A DNA stretch of 64,000 nt, taken from contig CAVSBQ010000002.1 of the NCBI GenBank assembly GCA_963726265.1, positions 736,001 through 800,000 of the forward strand, written 5' to 3'. Within the stretch, counting starts at the first letter, position 1. Each line of letters starts with the position of its first letter. The position numbers and the translations under genes are program-made. Below are positions 59,817 through 64,000 of the stretch, one piece after another. This DNA comes from Candidatus Aenigmatarchaeota archaeon (lineage in GTDB: Archaea; Aenigmatarchaeota; Aenigmatarchaeia; QMZP01; QMZT01). The notes under the pieces are model-generated. The model worked only from the letters and a program-made list of their open reading frames with translations. It was not told the origin of the DNA and did no database searches.

Positions 59817-61056
59817 GCTTCGCGGCCAGGAAAGTCTGACCGCATTTTGTAATTTTTACACTCAGGAATTTCCCCATAAGGTCCTTTTCGCTTTCCACTA
59901 TCACGGGCCTGTAGGCTTCGTTCCTGCCCATAAATTGACCCTTCCCTTTGCCCCGTTCGGTGACCAGGATTTCGCATCTCCTGCCGGCCCATGCCCCGCT
60001 CTTCTCAAGTGCGATTTCCTTCACGAGGGCCGCCATCCTTTTCGAGCGTTCCTTGACAACCTTGTTGTCAAGCTGTTTCATATGAGCAGCTTCCGTGCCC
60101 GGTCTGGCGCCGAACTTCGAGACGTTCACGATGTCCGGCTTTATCCTCTCGATTAGTTCCAGCGTCTTCTCGAAATCGCCTTCGCTTTCTCCCGGGAAGC
60201 CGACTATCACGTCCGTGGAAAGCGTTATGTCGGGGAAGGCGCGTCTGAACTCGCTGACTAGCGTCTCGAAATCCCTGACAGCGTAATCCCTTTTCATCAG
60301 CTTCAGGACCCTGTCCGAGCCTGACTGGACAGGGATGTGGACGAACTTGTAGACCTTCGGGTCTTTGTAGGCGGCAAGCAAGGCCTTCATAAGCGGCCTG
60401 AGATGCGAAGGGTTCATCATGCCTATGCGGATTCTGAAATCACCTCTTATTTCTGTTATCCGTCCGATGAGTTTTGCGAGGTCAGTCCCTGTATCCAGAC
60501 CGTAGCATGAGTTGTCCTGGCTCGTGAGCCATATCTCCCTGCACCCGCCCTTTACCGCATCATTCACGTCTTTCGCTATATCATCAATAATTCTCGATTT
60601 CAGCTCTCCTCTGGCCAGTTTGACTATGCAGTAAGCGCAATTTCCCAGGCAGCCGCTCGATATCTCCGTTATGCCGACGAGCGGGTTTTTCCTGATTTTG
60701 CGCGGGCTTGCCTTCGCTTCCTTTGCCTCTTTTGACAGAAGCTTTGCTATCTCATCCGGCCTGTGCGAAGATAGGAACAGCGCCTGCGGAGCGATGGCCC
60801 TGAACATCCCTACGTCAGCAGCGCAGCCTGCTATGACGAGCGTCTTGCCGGGATAATTTTTCACGATAAGCTTTATCCTGTCCCTCAGCCTGTTTTCAGT
60901 CGGCGTTTTTACTATGCACGTGTTCAGCAGGATAGCATCGGCTTTCGCGATGGCCTTCGTCACCTTCATCCCGTTCGCGGCCAGCGCGCCCTCCATGGTC
61001 TCGGAGCGCGCCTGGTTAGCCGAGCAGCCGTAGGTCTCGACGTAAACTCGTTTCAT
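59803..61056 (-). CDS. mtaB: MiaB-like radical SAM tRNA methylthiotransferase, probably archaeal t6A37 methylthiotransferase
   Basis: UPF0004 domain VYVETYGCSAN...LNTC...AGC, CxxxCxxC motif CLGNCAYC, HIPVQSGS, DVIVGFPGE and a C-terminal TRAM domain. Start taken at MKRVYV (61056). Confidence 0.88.
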   Translation of the reverse strand: MKRVYVETYGCSANQARSETMEGALAANGMKVTKAIAKADAILLNTCIVKTPTENRLRDRIKLIVKNYPGKTLVIAGCAADVGMFRAIAPQALFLSSHRPDEIAKLLSKEAKEAKASPRKIRKNPLVGITEISSGCLGNCAYCIVKLARGELKSRIIDDIAKDVNDAVKGGCREIWLTSQDNSCYGLDTGTDLAKLIGRITEIRGDFRIRIGMMNPSHLRPLMKALLAAYKDPKVYKFVHIPVQSGSDRVLKLMKRDYAVRDFETLVSEFRRAFPDITLSTDVIVGFPGESEGDFEKTLELIERIKPDIVNVSKFGARPGTEAAHMKQLDNKVVKERSKRMAALVKEIALEKSGAWAGRRCEILVTERGKGKGQFMGRNEAYRPVIVESEKDLMGKFLSVKITKCGQTFLAAKLNRS

Positions 61057-61085
61057 GATGAGAAATGACAGCTTTGGTTTAAAAA

Positions 61086-61994
61086 TCACTGGTCAAGCAG
61101 CAAGTTTAAAACATGCTGCAACTCGGGAAAATCCAATTTTTCTGCCCTACTCCGGATTATCTGCTCTATGAGATGCTTGTCAGCCATGGTTATCCTAAGA
61201 TTTCTGGTTTTAAGTTTTTTTGATACGGTTCTTTTGAAAAGATTTGTTGCGTAATTTCCTAGTTTGTCGTCTGTTAGATTCTGGTTTTTATAATCAGTCA
61301 GCATTCTGTTCAAAATGCTTGGAGGTATTCCAACGCCATATTTTATTGAAAAATCAGTTACAAATACATTGAAAGTCCTTTGATTCATTGTAGTAACATC
61401 CACTTTCTCTCTTTTGCATATTTTTTCAAATTTCTGGAGCACGGCATACATCTGATCTCTTATGATTTCCCGCCCCTTCTCCATCCATATTTTCTCATTA
61501 TAACCGGTTTCCATCACACCTTCTCTTTCAAGCATCGAAGGGTCGACGTATTTTGATATGATGCTAGGTTTGAGCTTGATCTTCGTTGACCAGCCATAAG
61601 AAATGCCTTTTACAATTTTATCCCCAGTGTATATCTCATTTTTACCCAATATCCCTTCTACTATCTTTCTATGAGGTTCGGAAAGTTCACCTATTCTGTC
61701 GCCCAAAGCACGCCATGCCTCATAGATTAATGAACTTCTATCCAGTTGATATTTATCAGAAGGGTCAAGATTTTCAGGTCCAAGTGTCGTCATTCTCGCT
61801 CGTCTTTCGGCTTCGCCCTTTTCAATTTTTGCTTGTATCACATCGACTCTGAAATATGCGAACTCCCTCCCCCTCCTATAGGGTTTTCCATCCCGCATTA
61901 CCGGTCTTAGATATTTGTCTACCTGCTCTTTTGAAACATCCAAATATTCAGCTGCTTCAGAGCGGCTGACTAGGTCTGGTACATATTTTTTCAT
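61086..61994 (-). CDS. Low-GC hypothetical protein with possible N-terminal excisionase/MerR-like HTH
   Basis: 302-aa ORF with LVSRSEAAEYLDVSKEQVDKYL. Markedly AT-rich relative to its flanks. Confidence 0.7.
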   Translation of the reverse strand: MKKYVPDLVSRSEAAEYLDVSKEQVDKYLRPVMRDGKPYRRGREFAYFRVDVIQAKIEKGEAERRARMTTLGPENLDPSDKYQLDRSSLIYEAWRALGDRIGELSEPHRKIVEGILGKNEIYTGDKIVKGISYGWSTKIKLKPSIISKYVDPSMLEREGVMETGYNEKIWMEKGREIIRDQMYAVLQKFEKICKREKVDVTTMNQRTFNVFVTDFSIKYGVGIPPSILNRMLTDYKNQNLTDDKLGNYATNLFKRTVSKKLKTRNLRITMADKHLIEQIIRSRAEKLDFPELQHVLNLLLDQ

Positions 61995-62056
61995 GTTAAC
62001 AAATAGAGATTATTCAAAAGTTTTTTATTTGTGTATTGAGCCTAATCGGCATCATT

Positions 62057-62572
62057 TCAACTTTCCGTTACAATCATCTTGATGTTCAGGTTCGCCTCGT
62101 ATTGCAGGATTTTCTCGTTCGCCGTCCAGGCGCCCGTTTTATGCGTAACCACGTCGCACCTCGGGCCGTAGGCCAGGCTTTCGATGTAGCCGCTCTCGTT
62201 CTCCGGCTCGACTATGATGCAGTAGTCGAGGCTCGGCTTTATCACGCTTCCGACGAGCTGCGGGACCAGCTCGAAGGAAAGGTTCCTGCATTCCACGCCC
62301 CCGCAGTTCCTGTACGGCGTCATGTAGGCGCACGACATGGTCGAGGAGATGGTGTCGCAGTAGCCGCCGTAGCCCGTGTTGCGCCTGAGGACGGAAATCA
62401 GAAGGTTGTGGGCGTAGAGATTGTAATACTCGTTCTGCACGGGCTTCAGCGACGATATGACCAGGAATATGCCAAGCCCCATGAATATGACTATTACTAG
62501 GACTATCAGTATCATGCTAGTCTGCCCTTTCATATCGGAATGGCCGCAATCCTTTCCCATTTTCAACCCCAT
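62057..62572 (-). CDS. Pilin-like protein with class III signal peptide
   Basis: MKGQ-TSMILIVLVIVIFMGLGIFLVI followed by a Cys-containing exported domain. TGATG overlap with the upstream gene. Confidence 0.75.
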   Translation of the reverse strand: MGLKMGKDCGHSDMKGQTSMILIVLVIVIFMGLGIFLVISSLKPVQNEYYNLYAHNLLISVLRRNTGYGGYCDTISSTMSCAYMTPYRNCGGVECRNLSFELVPQLVGSVIKPSLDYCIIVEPENESGYIESLAYGPRCDVVTHKTGAWTANEKILQYEANLNIKMIVTES

Positions 62573-63093
62573 CAGCTGTTATACAGTCCCACGGTCAGCC
62601 TGCCTATGTCTATCTCCCCGCTCGTCTTCCTGTAGATGTTAACGGGGATGTCGAAGGCAATAGCCTCGCCTTCGTGCTTGCAGTAGCTCCACTTGCCGCA
62701 CAGCGGGTAGTTTTCAAGGCTGCATTCCTCTGGGACATCGGAGGATGCAAGCGTCTCGACTTCCGCATACCACCCCGTGCCGTAGAGCTTCTCCAGCTCC
62801 GCGCACGTTATCGCGGTGAGCTTCGAGTCCTCGAGCATGGAGCCTTCCTCGAACGTGTTCTTGTTTATGTAAGGCGAGTTGGTGAACGCGCGTAGCAGGA
62901 ACTCCGCTTTCGCATACGTGACCCTTCTCTGCTCCGAGCCTATGGTGCTCATCTGCCACCCGGTCAGGAACAGCGTTATCAGGACTATCACCAGCAGGAC
63001 GAAAAAGCTGAGCAGGACGTATTCCATCAGGTGCGCTTGGCCTTTGCTGCTTCTTTTCATGTTCATGCCAGTCATTCCATTCATTACCATCAT
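62572..63093 (-). CDS. Pilin-like protein with class III signal peptide (start 63093 or 63060 rather than 63264)
   Basis: KRSSKGQ-AHLMEYVLLSFFVLLVIVLITLFL. ATG 63093 overlaps the upstream TGA (ATGA). Confidence 0.75.
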   Translation of the reverse strand: MMVMNGMTGMNMKRSSKGQAHLMEYVLLSFFVLLVIVLITLFLTGWQMSTIGSEQRRVTYAKAEFLLRAFTNSPYINKNTFEEGSMLEDSKLTAITCAELEKLYGTGWYAEVETLASSDVPEECSLENYPLCGKWSYCKHEGEAIAFDIPVNIYRKTSGEIDIGRLTVGLYNS

Positions 63094-64000
63094 GCGCACC
63101 CCATGCTGTCCAGCTCCCTGTATTTGGCCGCGGAAGCCCTTACGTATCCGGCGAATTCGTGCACGTCGTTCTCGTTTGGCGAGGCTGGCGAGGCCTTGAG
63201 CTTCGGTATGACATCCTTCAGCGAGTTGAGGATGCCGGTGAACTCGGCAAGCGAGGTCCCGCACCTGCGGTTCATTTCGGCGTCGGTAGTCAGGATGGCG
63301 GCCTCATTGACGGAGATGTCAGCCGCTACTTCCATCTCGCCCAGGAGCTTCTGGTTCACGTATTCGTAAAATTCTTTGCCACCTAGCAGCAGCGCCGCGA
63401 CGTCGAGGCCGTTCTTGTAAATGTATTTGTCATACCCGTCGTCGCTCCTTATGTAAACATAGCCCAGGTCGTCGTCCGCGGGCTGGACCAGGAAATCCAC
63501 GTCCTTCATCTCCTCGGACACGGTGACTATGGTGAAGTTCCTGCTCCTGAAATACTCCGCGTTTTCGCAGGTGGCGAGTTCGGTATCGTCAGTGAGCATC
63601 CTGGGCATTATCGCCTCCGTGAACCTGTATTTTTCCCAGCCGAACCAGAACTCGCTGCCGCTGCACCCGAAGCCGAACTTGACCTTCGCCGCCGCGCTTT
63701 CCGAGGACGGCAGGAAGCGCGTTATGTTGCCGACCACGGTCATGGCCCTCGCCCTGTCGCCTAGCGGGACGAAAATGACGCTGTAGTCCGGCATGGCCTC
63801 TATGAAGTAGAATTTCCACCAGCCGAGGTCGTATTCGTTGCGGTGGAGCGAAAGCTTCCTGGCCGGCAGCAGCAGTAGTGGGACAGGCTCCATGTTGACC
63901 ATCGCTATCGAGGTCTCTATGAAGGGCGGCCTGTAGCCCAGCATGACCTCCGCGTCGCCAGTCTCGAAATCGCCCGATATGCCCGTGGTGTAGGCGTTTT
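63090..64000 (-). CDS. Hypothetical protein, 5' end outside the window, coupled to the pilin-like genes
   Basis: The frame stays open from 63944 to the window edge (NAYTTGISGDFETGDAEVM...). Confidence 0.7.
   Translation of the reverse strand, partial: NAYTTGISGDFETGDAEVMLGYRPPFIETSIAMVNMEPVPLLLLPARKLSLHRNEYDLGWWKFYFIEAMPDYSVIFVPLGDRARAMTVVGNITRFLPSSESAAAKVKFGFGCSGSEFWFGWEKYRFTEAIMPRMLTDDTELATCENAEYFRSRNFTIVTVSEEMKDVDFLVQPADDDLGYVYIRSDDGYDKYIYKNGLDVAALLLGGKEFYEYVNQKLLGEMEVAADISVNEAAILTTDAEMNRRCGTSLAEFTGILNSLKDVIPKLKASPASPNENDVHEFAGYVRASAAKYRELDSMGCA

Noticed and set aside
63094..63264. N-terminal extension of the 230-aa ORF 62572..63264
   Set aside because: It overlaps the upstream gene in another frame. 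The class III signal and the ATGA overlap place the start at 63093 or 63060.

Overview
Archaeal DNA, judged from TATA-type promoters, class III signal peptides, archaeal-type MinD and MtaB, and very dense N-glycosylation sequons. Gene style suggests a DPANN lineage, but that is inference. About 60% of the window is one apparent giant gene (~771-39600, ~12,900 aa) that small indels break into more than 10 ORFs. Stitched, it reads: N-terminal winged HTH, hydrophobic helix, beta-propeller/beta-sandwich tip region, ~25 tandem ~1-kb three-domain repeats, Ig-like stalk, Cys motif plus Gly/Ala linker, transmembrane helix, and a cytoplasmic FtsK/HerA/VirB4-type ATPase. Downstream on the same strand are a coiled-coil protein, a paralogous 1,970-aa surface protein, MinD, a small membrane coiled-coil protein and three translationally coupled long coiled-coil proteins. 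Together these suggest an uncharacterised ATPase-powered surface attachment or uptake apparatus with a cytoplasmic scaffold. The right end holds an HTH/S-layer-domain regulator divergent from glmS, a tRNA methylthiotransferase, a low-GC orphan gene and two pilin-like genes. I saw no rRNA, tRNA, CRISPR array or transposase.
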